Positions 17,652 through 32,039 of a stretch of DNA of 64,000 nt are shown here, piece after piece; position 1 is the stretch's first letter, and every line of letters starts with the position of its first letter. The translations under genes and the position numbers were made by a program. The notes under the pieces are model-generated. The model was given only the letters and a program-made list of their open reading frames with translations, made no database searches and was not told the origin of the DNA. Source of the DNA: Trichoplax adhaerens (taxonomy: Eukaryota; Animalia; Placozoa); NCBI RefSeq assembly GCF_000150275.1, contig NW_002060945.1, forward strand, positions 1,182,199 to 1,246,198. Direction: 5' to 3'.

Positions 17652-20320
17652 ATGCGATTTCTGCTATTTATAGTATGTCTGACGAGTATCTTGCCATGTA
17701 GTTGTGGGCTAAAAGTAGCTATCTTGCCAATGATGGGTGGAAGTCATGTTCTAACTATGGATATCATCACACAACAGTTGATTGAGAGAGGACATGAGGT
17801 AAGAACAGCCATAACTAAATTGACTACAGAGTAAACTTTGATCGATCTGTTAAGGTTATAGAACAAATAAGAACATACTTAGTTGATGAAATTTCTTTGG
17901 TATCGTTTTTACTCTATGTCTATATCAATTAAGGTGTGAATAATCTTCATTACACTATATATCTATTCTGTGCAATCGTCAGATCGATGTAAACTGAACT
18001 GTGTTAACAGCAAGCTGCAACAACTTTATTACGTGTCTAGAAGAGATACAACAATGATTAACTAGATAACAACCATGGAGGAAGTGATATACTACAGCTA
18101 TATCGTAAATGTTTCGGTCATAGAACGTATTGTGCATTCTATGGTGCTCAAACATTCATAGTATCGGGACTAACTGACCTATAGAATTGAGCAGAAAGCA
18201 TTCAAGCAAATTATTTTGCTAAGGACGTCATGCTCAGCGCTTATTGAGCATGTGTACGTGTGTAAACGAATCTTCTTGGATTGCTAATCAAAGTAACTAC
18301 TTTATTCCATCGACAAATTACTTCTATCACAAAATATTGATGGTAAAATTAACAGTAAACAATTTTTTAAACAAGCAGGATGAATCGAGTCGCCTACAAA
18401 ATTTTGAACTCTGCTGAAAGATAATTTCAATACTTGGTATATTACTTGCCACGCTAGTAATTAGCTATGGATTGCTAAATTACAGGTAATTTAGTGATCC
18501 ATGAACTAATATCATATGCCATGCAGATATAGTAGATAAAATAAGTGTATATACATTGAATAAGTCAACTTGAGTATGTAAGTACACTGAAGCCCAAAGC
18601 ACATCGTATAGCGTACGAGTATATGTATTACAATTAGATGACATGCCATTATGATGCTTTTTATTAATATTATATACTTTTATTTATAAGCTTTTCATAA
18701 GCTGTCTCTAAATTGACAATACTGTTTACCACGTATTAATCCTCACTAAATGATATTAACACGTATCCTGATACTTTTCCTAGACTGTAACCATCATCTC
18801 CAATCAACCCGGTCAGCTCCGAAAAATGAAACCATCTCCAACCGTTTTATACAACGTTGAGAACCCAATTATTGCAGGCCAAAGAGCAGCCAATGTTACA
18901 AAATTATCTCTAATTGGCTTAGTTCAAAGTCTATTCGAAATACAACGACAGTATTGTGAAGCTACCTTAGCTAACGATACACTAGTCCGGTTGCTAGACG
19001 ATGTCGACATTTTCGTAACTGATAGCTTATATATCTGCGGCGTACTAGTACCAGAAATGCTTCAAAAGCCTAATATAATCATATCCCTTGGAGCAGATAT
19101 TATTGGTTATCATACATTCTTAGCAGATTATGCTGATTCAACTTATATCCCAATGCTGGGTTTTTTCCATTCTACAAAGTTAACTATGATTCAACGGGCC
19201 TTTAATGCAGCCATTAAACAATTCTTACTAATTACTTATTCATACATGTCATCGAATTTAATGAATAGTTTACGATACAAGTTCAACATTAGCACACAGT
19301 CAAGTCATTATAGAATAAAAAGAAATCCATCGCTTTTTCTAGCTGCATGTGATTTTGCTTTAGAATATCCGAGACCATTACCACCGAATATCAAAGTTAT
19401 TGGGCCATTATCTCCTCGACCTTCATCATCATTATCTAAAGAACTTGAAGATTATATGCAAGCTTCTGATAATGGTATCATCGTATTATCATTAGGCACG
19501 GAATTACAACTGCCTAAAGTTAAAGCTACAGAAATGTTGAAAGCTTTAGCACAAATACCATATCGTGTGTTGTGGAAAGGTAATCAACCCGAAGAAACAA
19601 TTTCAGATAACGTAAAAGTAATCAAATGGATGCCACAAAATGATATCCTTGGCCACAACAAGACGGTTGGATTTATCACACATTGTGGAGCAAACGGTTT
19701 ATATGAAGCTGCTTATCATGGAGTCCCAATGATTGGAATGCCCTCAATGATTGAACAAAAAGGAAACGCAGGTAGAATGGTTAGTGCAGGTATCGGCGTA
19801 CTTATTAACTATCATCAATTTCAAGCGAAGGATATAGTGAAGGCTGTTCAAGAAATAACTACCAATGGAAGGTATATGATAGTATATTAAAAGAGTAATT
19901 TATTCCTCTTATTTAGTTTACCACGGTCTAGCATAGTGTTATAGAAATAATATAACAACTTTTAAAATTATTTGTGCAATTGGTTTATGATCAACGTTTC
20001 ACTTGTATCGTTACTACTATAGTAAATTGTAATGGTCTAAATTTGTAACTAGATACAAAGAAAATGTTATGAAGGTTTCACGTATTTTGAAAAGCAGGCC
20101 AAGAGCTCCGCGAGATGTTGTCGTTGATTGGGTCGAATATGTCGCTAATACTAATGGAGCACATCATTTAAAAGTTAAGGGTGAAGAACTCTGGCTGTAT
20201 GAGTATTATAATCTAGATGTGTGCTTGTTTATCGCAATGATAATGTATTTTATATATCTTATGATGAGAGTGTGCAAAAATATGATGTTGGGAAAGCAAT
20301 CCAAGTTGAAAGATGACTAA
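17652..20320 (+). CDS. UDP-glucuronosyl/UDP-glycosyltransferase (GT1, animal UGT type), 3 exons: 17652-17798, 18784-19871, 20053-20320
   Basis: Signal peptide; GGSH catalytic His; L..RGHE; LEYPRPLPPN; UGT signature WMPQNDILGHNKTVGFITHCGANGLYEAAYHGVPMIGMP..EQ; C-terminal transmembrane helix and KLKDD dilysine tail. Exon phases are consistent. Confidence 0.95.
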
Positions 20321-22601
20321 AAAATCTTTATCTCGACCATTAAAGACCGACTTAGATAAAGCAATTAGCTTAAAGAGGATAATTAAAACCCTGAAATAAT
20401 ATCCATATTTAATACTTATTGCTTTCTTAATAATCGTTTATAAACTAAATGGAGCATTTTTAATGTTGATATAGAAAATTGAGGATTACTATCTTGTTAA
20501 TTTAAATTCAACTCCTTTAATGTACCATTTATTCGAGATTATTGATCAGTGAGTATAGTACGGTAATTAGTGAATTTCCGTTAAGTTATAATATACCATG
20601 TGACATCCCAATTTATATAAATGTGTCATTGCCTAATTGGAGCAGGTAAACAATTCTTGTTATATAATCGTCGCCACAAATATAATTTACCTGTGAAATG
20701 TTAAAAAAAAATTGTTTACTGAGCGCTTTGCTAAACTGTTACCGTTATGTCTCTCTAACTGAGCATTCCTGATTAATTAAAATAGAATTGAATTTTTAAC
20801 CTTGAGATACATGTAAGCTGTAAGTTATTTATCTAATTTACCGTGATTTACAGTCAACCCTTTTATCTATTGATAACTTGTGATAGTCACTTCCTAAGAT
20901 AGCCAACTCAGCTTTGACTAGATACAAAATATTCTTTTAAGTGTTTATGGGCCCTCCATTTAATGGTAGTCGTTCTGTCTGCTCTAGACACTTTCACATA
21001 AATTATTTGAAATATAAATTATTAGAAAGAGGCCTAGATCAGGGCTTAAGTTACGAGTCATTGTTGTATGTACTGTTTAGCGACGGGAAAATTAGATACA
21101 GAATACAACTGTAATTCAAATAATCGCTACTATACCATAGGGCTTTTCAGACGTAATAGTTACCATTAATAAAATGCATTATTAATCCGATTCGATTTTA
21201 AATCGTAAATTTTTTTCTTTGTAATTTGATTTAGGATATATAATTACTACAAATGATTTGATTCTCATTGTATCAACTAGCTGTATTTCATAGCTATAGC
21301 ATATTCAATTTATAACTCTGTATGCACATTTAAATCTGACGTAATTAGGATAAGTAGTAATGGTACGGCCGCTAAATGATCTAGTATTCGCTTTCTATGT
21401 AAATATTGCAGGTTTCTATTTTAACAGAACTAGATATATTCGTACTAGATTTTCAATTCAGTTTGGTCTCATCATCTTTCCTATTATGTTAAATTACTAG
21501 AAAGAGCTCTGGGTTATAGTTTAAATTACTAGTCATGATTTAAAGTCTATCTACGATAACCCTAAATAAAGAACATAACTCCAGTTTTAAAGTTAAAATG
21601 TTGCTATATCGGTTGCCTTTTTTGAAGATGAAATATTTACTGATGCTAAGCTGTTTTTCAAGCCTCTTAATTCGATTTCACGAAAAAATTTTAGTAGATC
21701 TAATATAAGAAATAATACTTTATAGCAATCATAGTTAGCGCATGATATAATTCAACTCAGCTAAAGTAATTGGTTATCCTCATTCTCTATACAGCGCTTA
21801 AGATCTATCGTTTATTGAAAACTACGCGGTAATGGTGGCTGGCGTTGTCTAGGCTTTCTTCAATAGTTTAAATTACTATGGTTACTTAGCAATACAAAAA
21901 ACAGAAAAATTCCGTTCACATAGTCAATATGTTATAGAAGGTTAGTTTTACAATCAGGCTGAAATTCGTTTACCGATAAAAATTCCTTTCTAAAGACATG
22001 AAAGTCCGCTATAACATTATTTTCGTATGTATTCATAACAACTGGCGTAAGGAAGCATTACGTAACGGGATCTTAATGATCGCAATTTTATTCATCAATC
22101 GTCACCGTATTGAATTTTATTACTATAGGCAGCGAGCAAGTTATCAACAAGATAGCCTGAATTAGAATATTAATGATCATTGATTCGAGTAAACGCCAAC
22201 TCCTGACAATAAATCCTATATAACAAAAATTACATAAGTACTACATTTATGACAATTATGACAATAGCGACGATAGTTGTTTACTTAGTTTGAAGGATAA
22301 CGATGTCCTCCAACAAAGCATTAATTATTTGTTGGCATTTGATTTAAACTATTGTTTTCCAAGGTATAATTACCTCATTTTTATAATTATATTGTTAATT
22401 TTGATGTAGCCTACAATAGCTAGCATTACGTCAAGCTCTAAAACATGAATTAGGCTTGCTTTCAAATTCTTTTATTCGCGTCGATGATTGCTTGTCACTA
22501 ATTAAAGTCATCTACTCACACTTCAGAATATTACCAGAATTGATTGAATCAGCTTTAGATAGTTTCATGTTGATACCGCTACTGCTATCCTTGCTGCATT
22601 C

Positions 22602-25600
22602 ATGATGGATTTGGAGAGAATATTGGAATTACATGTTACAGTATCAATCGGTAAGTCTCAAAATACAAAGTATCAATAAAGCCAAAATAACGCTGAACAT
22701 AATATTGTAATCTTATTTTAAGCGAAAATTACTTCCAACCTTGATTTTATAACAACAATCAATAAATAGTGCCTATAACTTGCCGGAAAACATTTTACAT
22801 GATATGACGGTAGCGGATACATAGAAGAATTAGATTATTAAAGGTTCAAAAAACTGAAAACATTAAATTAGTCTATATTAGAGACTGTGACTATCAAACT
22901 TAAAGACTGTTGACAAAGTAAAGCTACATTAATTTATTGCTAGATCTGCTTTATCACCCTCTAAAGCTACTAAGTAATGTAGGATGTTGTGAAACTCTTT
23001 GTTGATACAATGATTATTTCCCTGGATACATCGCGCTTACATGTAATTTTCAACATTAGCGATATTGATAGTCTTCTAAAATGAATTAAAATGGGTAAAA
23101 TATGTTCACTTTACAGTACTATATATCTTTCTTCTATTATCATCTATTAATGTTACAAAGTACTGTCGAACATTGTGAAAAATTTTTACTATAATTTACA
23201 TTCGCCTTGACAGCTATCGCTACTTGTAATATTTTTACCGTCATAAATAATTAATCGTAGCCTTGTCAGCTAGATTAGAACTTGTGTGAGAAGTAGTTCT
23301 AAAACCCCGCACTTTATCCCACAACAATCTCGGACAATTAAAGTCAACTTCCTTCCAATTTTTGAAATGCCTAATTAGAAATTAAAAATTTAAATTACAA
23401 GCATAATTTAATTGATGATCATGTTTATAAGTTGCTGACACTTGTATCAGTATTACTGTTATATCGCCCTTCTAAACGTACCATATCACAGTGGAAAATT
23501 TAATTCTCGAACTACGTATGATTATTAACTGATATAGCTAATACGATCACATTTAACTTTAGCGAGTATATTTAGTGACTTATGTCTCTAAAGCTTTATT
23601 TGAAGTTTTAAATTGGCCATAAGTTAGACAGAAGAAATTGCTCATCTCTGACTTTTTCTTTATTACCGTACATCTTTTTCACTGTGATTAAGAACTTGAT
23701 GTTTTGTTTATAATTAATTATAAATAGATCCAATTTAAAAGACTGTACCTCATTTAAATCAGTACTCCCGGTATAAGCGTTTATTGCGATCATTGTTTGA
23801 AGCTTCCCTTAAAATTTTACTTGGAGTTATAAACCGATCTAACTTAAAAAGGATTCCTTCCGTTTCATCCAGTACCTTATATTATTCGTCATGATTGTTA
23901 TTTGAAAAACATTTTCATTAATCAAAAAACATGTTCTCATCTATCTTTTATTCCAAACAGATGAAAACGAAGCATTAGATGCAGCTGTTGAACAATATTT
24001 TCAACAAGTGGAAAAAGATTTGGTAGGTAGATGGGAAATTCAAATCATACCGTAGAATATTTGTGTAGAACTCAATTATTTTTTACGTATTCGTTCTCAA
24101 GCGTCTTTTCTGTTTGACTTGATAAGATTATACTTGAAATATTACTTATGTTTTGGGCGTCGATATTAGTTTAGTCTTTGTTTACTGGAGTCTACTATAG
24201 TGTTCAATAGCAATACAATAACTTCAACAAAAGTAATAGCTTGCCTTAATTGTTTAGTAACTTGTACTGTACAGTATAGCAAGATTACCCAGGATATGTA
24301 CTATAGTTCGCTATTTAATTAATGATAACAATCGATTAAAACTTGAGTCATTTATTTAGCTAAGATTATTTTACCTTACATAGCAGTATCCTCATAAATC
24401 ATGAAGTTTGACTTGATCGGTATTAACAAACGTAATCGCCCAACCAAGTGCCGTTAACAGATCTAAAAATAATATTGTTAACTTAATGGATATTCTGCTG
24501 GATTAATCTCGTTAACAAAACGGATAAGTATGCAGAGTACTTTGCCTCGCATACTCTTTTGAGTCTATCATATAGACTGGGGTTAATAAATATTATCAAC
24601 TAGCTTATAATAATTAGATTATGGTCTAATCAAGAATTTATACAGCTAAAAATAGCATTGATTACGGCCATTCTGCGGGATTGATCTCGCTAACGAAATA
24701 GATAATGCATAGATTACTTTGTCTTGCATACTCTTTTGAGTCTTATCATTAGATGGGACTGATAAATATTATTCACTAGCTGGTAATCAAGAATTAAGAC
24801 AGTTTAAAGATAACATTGTTAACGGACATTACGCTGGATTAATCTCGCTAAGGATATAGATAAGGTGTAGATTACTTTGTCTAGCATGCTCTTTTGAATC
24901 TTACCATTTAGAATGGGCAAATGAATACTATTAGCTAGTCGATAATCTAATCAAGGATTAATACAGTTAAAAAACATTGATAACAGCCATTCTACTTGAT
25001 CTATCCATTGTTAACAGTATAGATATAGAAAGCGTTGATGGATTTACCTTATTAACTCTCTTAAATCGAGCTACTTTGACATGATCAATCTTCTTTATCT
25101 GATAATTAATTAACCCAATCAACGATTGAAATAGTCAAAGGCAGGATGGACAGGGGGCATTCTATTAGATGCATTCATTGTTAACAGCATAGATAAAAGA
25201 AAATATTGATAACTGAGCTCTATCAATTCTTTTAAATGAAGTCATTTTTAATCAATACTAACTGTCTGACATGTCTAATCAAGCGTTAATACATAGTTAA
25301 AGATAAGATTGATAACGGTATTCAATTTTTGATCACTTCATTTATTAGCAGTATTAGGTACAGGTAGTGTTGATCGCTATACCTTATCAGCGCTCTTCAA
25401 TCGACTAATTTTAGATCAAATAATTTTGAACGTTTATAGAAGCTTACTTTATAAGCTAACTTGATGATCTAATCACGATCAATTTATTTAATAAAGAAAT
25501 CATCGATAGTTAATGTTTTTACTTGATCAGCAATTTTAATTGTATTATCGGATGTTATAACATAACAGAAAAACTATATTGCAGTCGAATTTTTAACATT

Positions 25601-28600
25601 ATTCATTTTTATCTGAGTGATCATTAAAAGCTTCTTTTAAAATATTGTAAACATAAATAAATATGTTATCGTTCAATATATATTTTATAATCTTCTAGCC
25701 AAAATTCTTAGAAACTTTGGCAAGCCTATGGGCTGATAACAATCGATCCTATCTAGCTCGGATAGCGGTAGGAATGCTTATCAAGAATTATCTTATCTAT
25801 CCTTTGGATACCTTGAAAGAGAGATATTATAAAAGATGGAAAGAATTGGATAGAAATTCTAAAGATTGTATTAAAACCGCGGTAACGTAAAAATTATTAT
25901 ATACGTACGATATAACCTTGTTACGGTGTTGTCTTGTCATTAGGATAGTTTAATAAGTACGGTAGTAGCTAGTGTGGAGAATATCCATATTTGTAGTGCT
26001 AGGTAAGATAAGTAATACCTTAACGTGGATGTTGTTTGTGATAGTTCATTACATATTTGATTTGATATTGATTGTTATTGTGTCATAGATAACAGTAAGA
26101 TGATTCAAGTTCTAGTTGATGATAATTGAATTAGATAACCTACGTGCTTAGATTAAGATTAAGTATGAGTAAGAGATTCAAAATATTTACTGATAGAAAA
26201 GCTATGTAAGGGTAAGGTATAATAATAATACTGTTGTTGTTCACAAATTAGACGGTTCCTATATAAACGGGAACATTTGAGTTGAGTGGGGTGGTAAAAA
26301 CTTGTAGATGTATCTTTACTAATAAAAGTTTTATCTTTACAGTATTTTACTGTGTGTGTTTAACGTTAAGTAAAAGGGCGTTTAAGTCAGTAGCTACTTA
26401 TAGACTTTTACTGTACGTTACCTTATCGCAGAAGTGAAATTGTGACAATCCTATAGATATACTATGATTCTGTGGAGTCTTACCTTAATGATCATCTACC
26501 ACTTAAAAGATGTTACAAGCACTGGATACCGAGTCAAGCCGACCTTCGTATGTTACTGAGGTATTTGTTACCTTAATCATTAATAAATATAGTGTTTAGA
26601 ATGGCTATAATTACATTAAATAATGTAAAAATTTGAAATGATACTGTAACAGAATAGCGAAATCATAGCTATTCTAGACTTTTCTGTTTGATATTGTTAT
26701 TAATAAATATAATTTGTAAACGTGACATTATCAATTAACTAACGGTATAATAGGAATTTTAGATAAACCTTGGCTATAGTACAACATGGTTTTCCTAGTT
26801 AAATTTCTTCCACATGCTTAATTAATAGCTTATTGACATTGTTATTGCTTTCTGGTGATTTTAGTGTATTGGCTATGTTGTATACTATGAATTATTGGAG
26901 GATGCCGATCCTAAATTGATTCCAGCACTAGCGGAAAACATGATTAATAAGTCCAGTTCAAAAATATTAAAAGAATCATCTGCAGAGGCTATCGGTCATA
27001 TTTTTCGTTTAATGAAAAATGTGGTAAGATTTATACTTTTAACGAATTCATTCAATGGCTTTGCTACTTTCTATTTTGTGCCGTATTGCTCAGTTTTACA
27101 TTTACTGTATATTGTATAGGAGAATGATTATTTAATATTAGAATCCGATCATGTATTAGCTGCTTTATTAAATGGGATCAATTGGAAAGATGCAAGGTAG
27201 TATCTGTATAGCATTATGGACCAATCTTTTTTCGGTGTGCACAGTTGTTTGTGTCCTTATGTAGATTAAACCCTTAGGGAGTATTTCCACTTAATATGTT
27301 TCTAATCAATTAGTCAACGTGTTCAAAATACGATAATGACAGCTTTAAGTCACTTCCTGACATATGTGAAAGAAAATATCAAAAGAGACGTAAGTTATGC
27401 CTTGTTATTTTTCTATAAGTTGAGTTCGTTCGCTACGATTAAATTTTAAATTTAAGATTATTTAATCTTGTAGTAATATTTAATAAGAGGCCTTAATTAT
27501 GCTTTTATACGGTAATGGCTTATTGTGCACGATATTCATTCAATTTAATTAGAGTGCAGATTTCAAAAGTAGTTGGGCATATTTTAATTTTTAAATTCTA
27601 AAGAGAGACATAAACAATGTGAATCTTATCAAGCTTTACAAAATGTTTCCTTATTGTAGTTAGATTATGAGTTTTATATTTATGTATGTCTACTTTGGTA
27701 TTTAAGTTTTAACTACAGTAGATATCAAATATAAATACCTGTAATAACGGCTTCAATACTTTATTTAACTAAATTATAGTAAAGTATATATCTTAAGACT
27801 ATCCGCCTCAAATCCTATTACTATCCATTTCAACTAATATTTTTTAACTTAAATCTTTACGCTTTCATGGAATAATGACCATGATAGGCTATAAAGAATA
27901 CGCTACTATTTCATCAAGAGGAAGATGAAGTGATTGATATGAAATATATAAAATATAAAACTATCCCTGAACGCGATGATGACATATTTATTGAAAATAA
28001 TGGCGTGGTTAGTCATCATATTTGGATAGATTAGTTACCTATGAGCAAAGGCATTCCGTCATAGCTAAATTTTCCACCAAATAAATTTAAATAGGAACAT
28101 AAATCCAATGGATCATTATCAAGAATAAGCAATGTTGACTACGTGGTTAAAAATGCTCTAGGTTACATGGTGCCAACATTATTAGAATTAATGGCCATTC
28201 AGGTAGGAATTTCTCTTCTTCAGATATCAGAAATATTACGGTAACTTACAAGGTGGATATCATCACATTGATTAATTTGAAAACCATTTATAGGACGATC
28301 TTGATTGTGATGATGACTTCTTACCATTCGCAACGGTAAGACAGTGTTTTCATGCTATTGGTGCGATTTACCAAGTTGATGTCTTTGAAATTATGAAAGA
28401 TATAATGAAAGATAGCATTCACGAACATCAATTTCAATGCAGAGCGGCAGCCGTAATCGCTTTAGGTACCTACTGTATAGCCTTGAGACAGAACATATCA
28501 ATTAGCTATAGACAAGAAAAGATTCTAATGTTAATATTAAGGGTAGCTGCTAACTAAAATTGAATTTTAGGTTCATTTTCGGAATTTCTACAGATTAATA

Positions 28601-31600
28601 AAGATAAACATCAAGAATTTCTAAATTCTGTTAGTATCTATGGCTTACCAAGATGTGTATAGTTAATTATGTCATGAAAGAAACCTTATCTTTACAATTA
28701 ATACTATTTCCCATTTTAATTAAATAGCTTATACAGATATTAATGAAAATGATACAAGATGATAATGAAATTATACGTCAGTGTGTTGTATGGGCATTAG
28801 GCAAAATTGCAAGAAAGTCGTTGAAAATATTAGAGAGAAATGTTATAGAGTCGATTGTTGATGTCTTGATGGAGAAATTTCATGGGAGTATCAAGGTTAC
28901 AGCAAGTATTTGCAAGGTAATTCAGTGTTTTAATTTCAAAAGAGGAAATAAAGTCTACCATGATGGCTTAATAATAGCTTGTGTCTGTTGGAAATAAGGC
29001 ATTCACATCACTAGGTATAGAAGCTTATCGCCTTCAAGGTGGCGATCCAATCCCGTATTATTATCGACTATCACTTTATTACGAAGAAATTGTGATGGAA
29101 TTACTTCACATTGCCGATAAGTAAACAACCTTATAGGTTAATTAGCTATTCGATTTTAGCTCAAATTAAGCCATTGATTGCAATTCTTGATGGTAGGTAT
29201 TGGAAAATGGATGGTAAAGACGCCTGTAAAATGTTTCAAATTGTATATCAATCATTACAGCAGTTTATACAATATAGTCCGATTGTAAGAATTGTTACTT
29301 TCTTTCCATATTGACTCGATAATCTATATATATTGAAACCTGAGTAAATTTCAATCAAAATTTAATTATGATGTATAGGATTGCTATGATGATGTCAAAA
29401 CGGTTGCTACTATTATCAAGAATAAATTAAGAGTGACTTTACGGGAAGAAAAAGTCAGTTTAAAACAGTTGATTGGTTTTAAGCTTGCCTTCGAATTTTG
29501 ATATTTTTTACTTAATGACAGAATGAACAAGATCATGTTAAACAAGTTGAGCTGCAATGCAGACTGTGTGAAGTACTACAGGTTAGATGAAAAAGTAAAA
29601 TAAAACTGAAAGCAATGGAATAAATTTTAGATACCGTAGTAAATTTTTAAGTATTCGTACTGGTGGATTGATAACTTCGATTGCGAATTATAGAAATTTA
29701 TACAAAGAGCTCATAGTGATGATATTGCAAAATGGAAAGATGGCCTTATAACTTTAATAATATCGGTATTTAAATCATCTACTGACGGGAGTGGCAATCT
29801 CCAAAGCATAACATTATCCAATTTGGCTACACTTGCTGAAAGTAATAAATTAATATACAGTAATATCTGACTCTAGAGTTCTATTGAAATCAACTGTTCT
29901 TTTAAGATTGAATTAATATACGTGTAAAGGTGCATTTTTCTGCTTTATGTGCATACTAGCAGATGATGAACTTACCGAGTCTGATTAGAAGAATTTACTG
30001 TTTAGCTATATAGATCCAATAATTTAATATCTGTGCACATAAATTAGTATCTAGTCGTTGTGTGCTGTGTAATTTTACTGCATAGTAACGATACTCGAGT
30101 GCATCAGATCTGATTAAGTTTATTATTTTAATTCGTTTCGATTAAATATGATAAATTTGATATGCTGTACTATCGTTACTCTGTGTAGTTATAGTTATAT
30201 AATAGTGATGCATCGGGCTTAAATCCGTTTCGATTAGTTATGATAGATTTGGCATACTGTGCTATCGTTCTTCTGTGTAATTATGTAAGTAATAATGCTC
30301 AGTCGTATCAAAGCTGATTAAAATTTACTATTTTAATCTGTTTCGATTAGTTATGATGAATTTAATATACTGTACGTACTACTGCGTCATTCTTTAATAT
30401 TTTGAGTATGTATTACATGCACTAAATGAGATTGAGCAGTTGGTTCCTTTTCTTTTCCATGAGTTAAGATTAACATGACTATAGCCAGCATAATAACTAT
30501 GTTTAGGGTATATAATACTAAATGAATTATTATTTCAAATGTAATCTTATAATACAGGGATTAGAGTAGATCTATCAGATTACATAAAGCATATTTACAA
30601 GATGATACCATGTCTAATAATTGGATTAAAGGACACTTATCGCAATCAAGTGAGTATAATATTGCAAGTAGCAGCTAAAATAGGAGCTAATTATTATACA
30701 AGTGAATTTCTTATGTCCCTGTGCAGTTTAAGTTTCCAGTTTTATGCTTTTAGGGTCGAAAAAGTATGTGGTAATTCTGATAATTGACCTATCGAAAATC
30801 GATATTTTATCTGTAAAGGTATTTATTTCAGCGGTTCGCACACTGAAACCTGTCTGCAGGAAATTAAGAACTAACTTTGTTCCTTATTGTTTCGAAATTA
30901 TTACTATCCTACTTAATAAAATAACGGTAAGTTATTAACAGTTGTTATAATCTATTTGATCGCAAATAGGGTATATCATAGCATAGCTTTTGATATAGCG
31001 TAATCACCGTTATTGACATGAAGCTTTCTTCACGCTAGGATATTCCATTTTGTTCATGTTTTAATCAAGACATAATAGCAGCTCTTGGAAACATCGCTGA
31101 AAGTATTGGAATGTACTTTGAAAGCTATCTACAACCTGTATTGGAAGCCGTTGATCATGTAGCAGTTAATACAAATCCTGTAAGTTTTATTCAATTATTT
31201 CACCTTAATTCTGAAATTTGGGTGGCTAATAGAATCTCTAATCTATCCTTCAAATCATGAAAAATATTATTAAAGGGAGATCTTGGCATCAATTCTTGCC
31301 AATTGAGAGATCTTAGAACGACTTGTTTAGAAACTTATAAGCGCATCCTATCTATTACCGGTAATTTCAATAGTATTTTTGGAGATCGATTGATATATCA
31401 AGATGATACTAAGGGGTAGATAACATTATCCTACGTGTGCATTATCGATTTTTCATCCTTTTATACCAATTTTAGTGAATAGAGATTTAATTCGTTCCCA
31501 TATTGGCAATATAGTCAAGTTGATCGATATTTTGGCAACTTCAGAACAATTATCTCGTGAAGAACTCTCTAATACAGCACAAATATTAAGGTAGGGTTAA

Positions 31601-31823
31601 TTTTAAATCTCTCAATGTTTTTTTATTAACAAAATTTCTTAAATGAAAACTTATCGATATTTTCTCTAGATACTTATCGAGTAAGCATGGAAACTCAACC
31701 GTTCAATCATTTCTATCAAGTAAGATTATCAAATGGTTGAAATCTGGCATACAAGATATTGATCATCAAAAGACAGCCTACATATGTAGACAAACATTAG
31801 ATCAGCTAAGTCTGTCGATGTAG
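22602..31823 (+). CDS. KPNB1-like: Divergent importin subunit beta-1-like HEAT-repeat karyopherin, ~20 exons
   Basis: Collinear with KPNB1 from N- to C-terminus: MDLERILE, ARIAVGMLIKNYL, RW, LDTESSRPS, LIPALAEN..KESSAEAIGHI, acidic loop DDLDCDDD, RAAAVIALG, VVWALGKI, AFTSL..EAY, DCYDDV, LRTTCLETY. Spliced frame is open to TAG 31821-31823 if the decayed exon at ~27550-27690 is skipped. Confidence 0.85.
24480..25540. repeat. Degenerate intronic tandem repeat, ~160-180 bp unit, 6-7 copies
   Basis: Recurrent attct.c.ggatt.atctcg.taac / ctcttttga.tc / tctaatcaag motifs near 24490, 24666, 24823, 24986, 25157 and 25317, in intron 2 of the importin-beta gene. Confidence 0.75.
30060..30380. repeat. 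Intronic tandem repeat, ~90-115 bp unit x3
   Basis: gtttcgatta..tatgat..attt..at..ctgt motif at ~30135, 30227 and 30340. Confidence 0.75.
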
Positions 31824-32039
31824 AAGCTACTAATGTCCACCATATTTTGAAAAAAATTAATTCTTAACAGAATAAATTGGATGGCATTCTTAGATGATCC
31901 TCAATAGACTTTAACTTACAATGCTGATTATATCTTTGATAAAGAGGCATAGTTTCAGCAAAACTCAGCTATAATAAATAGTTCAATTAACACAAACATT
32001 TTCTATTTTGCCAATAAATGTGTCGCTTTCATTTAATCT

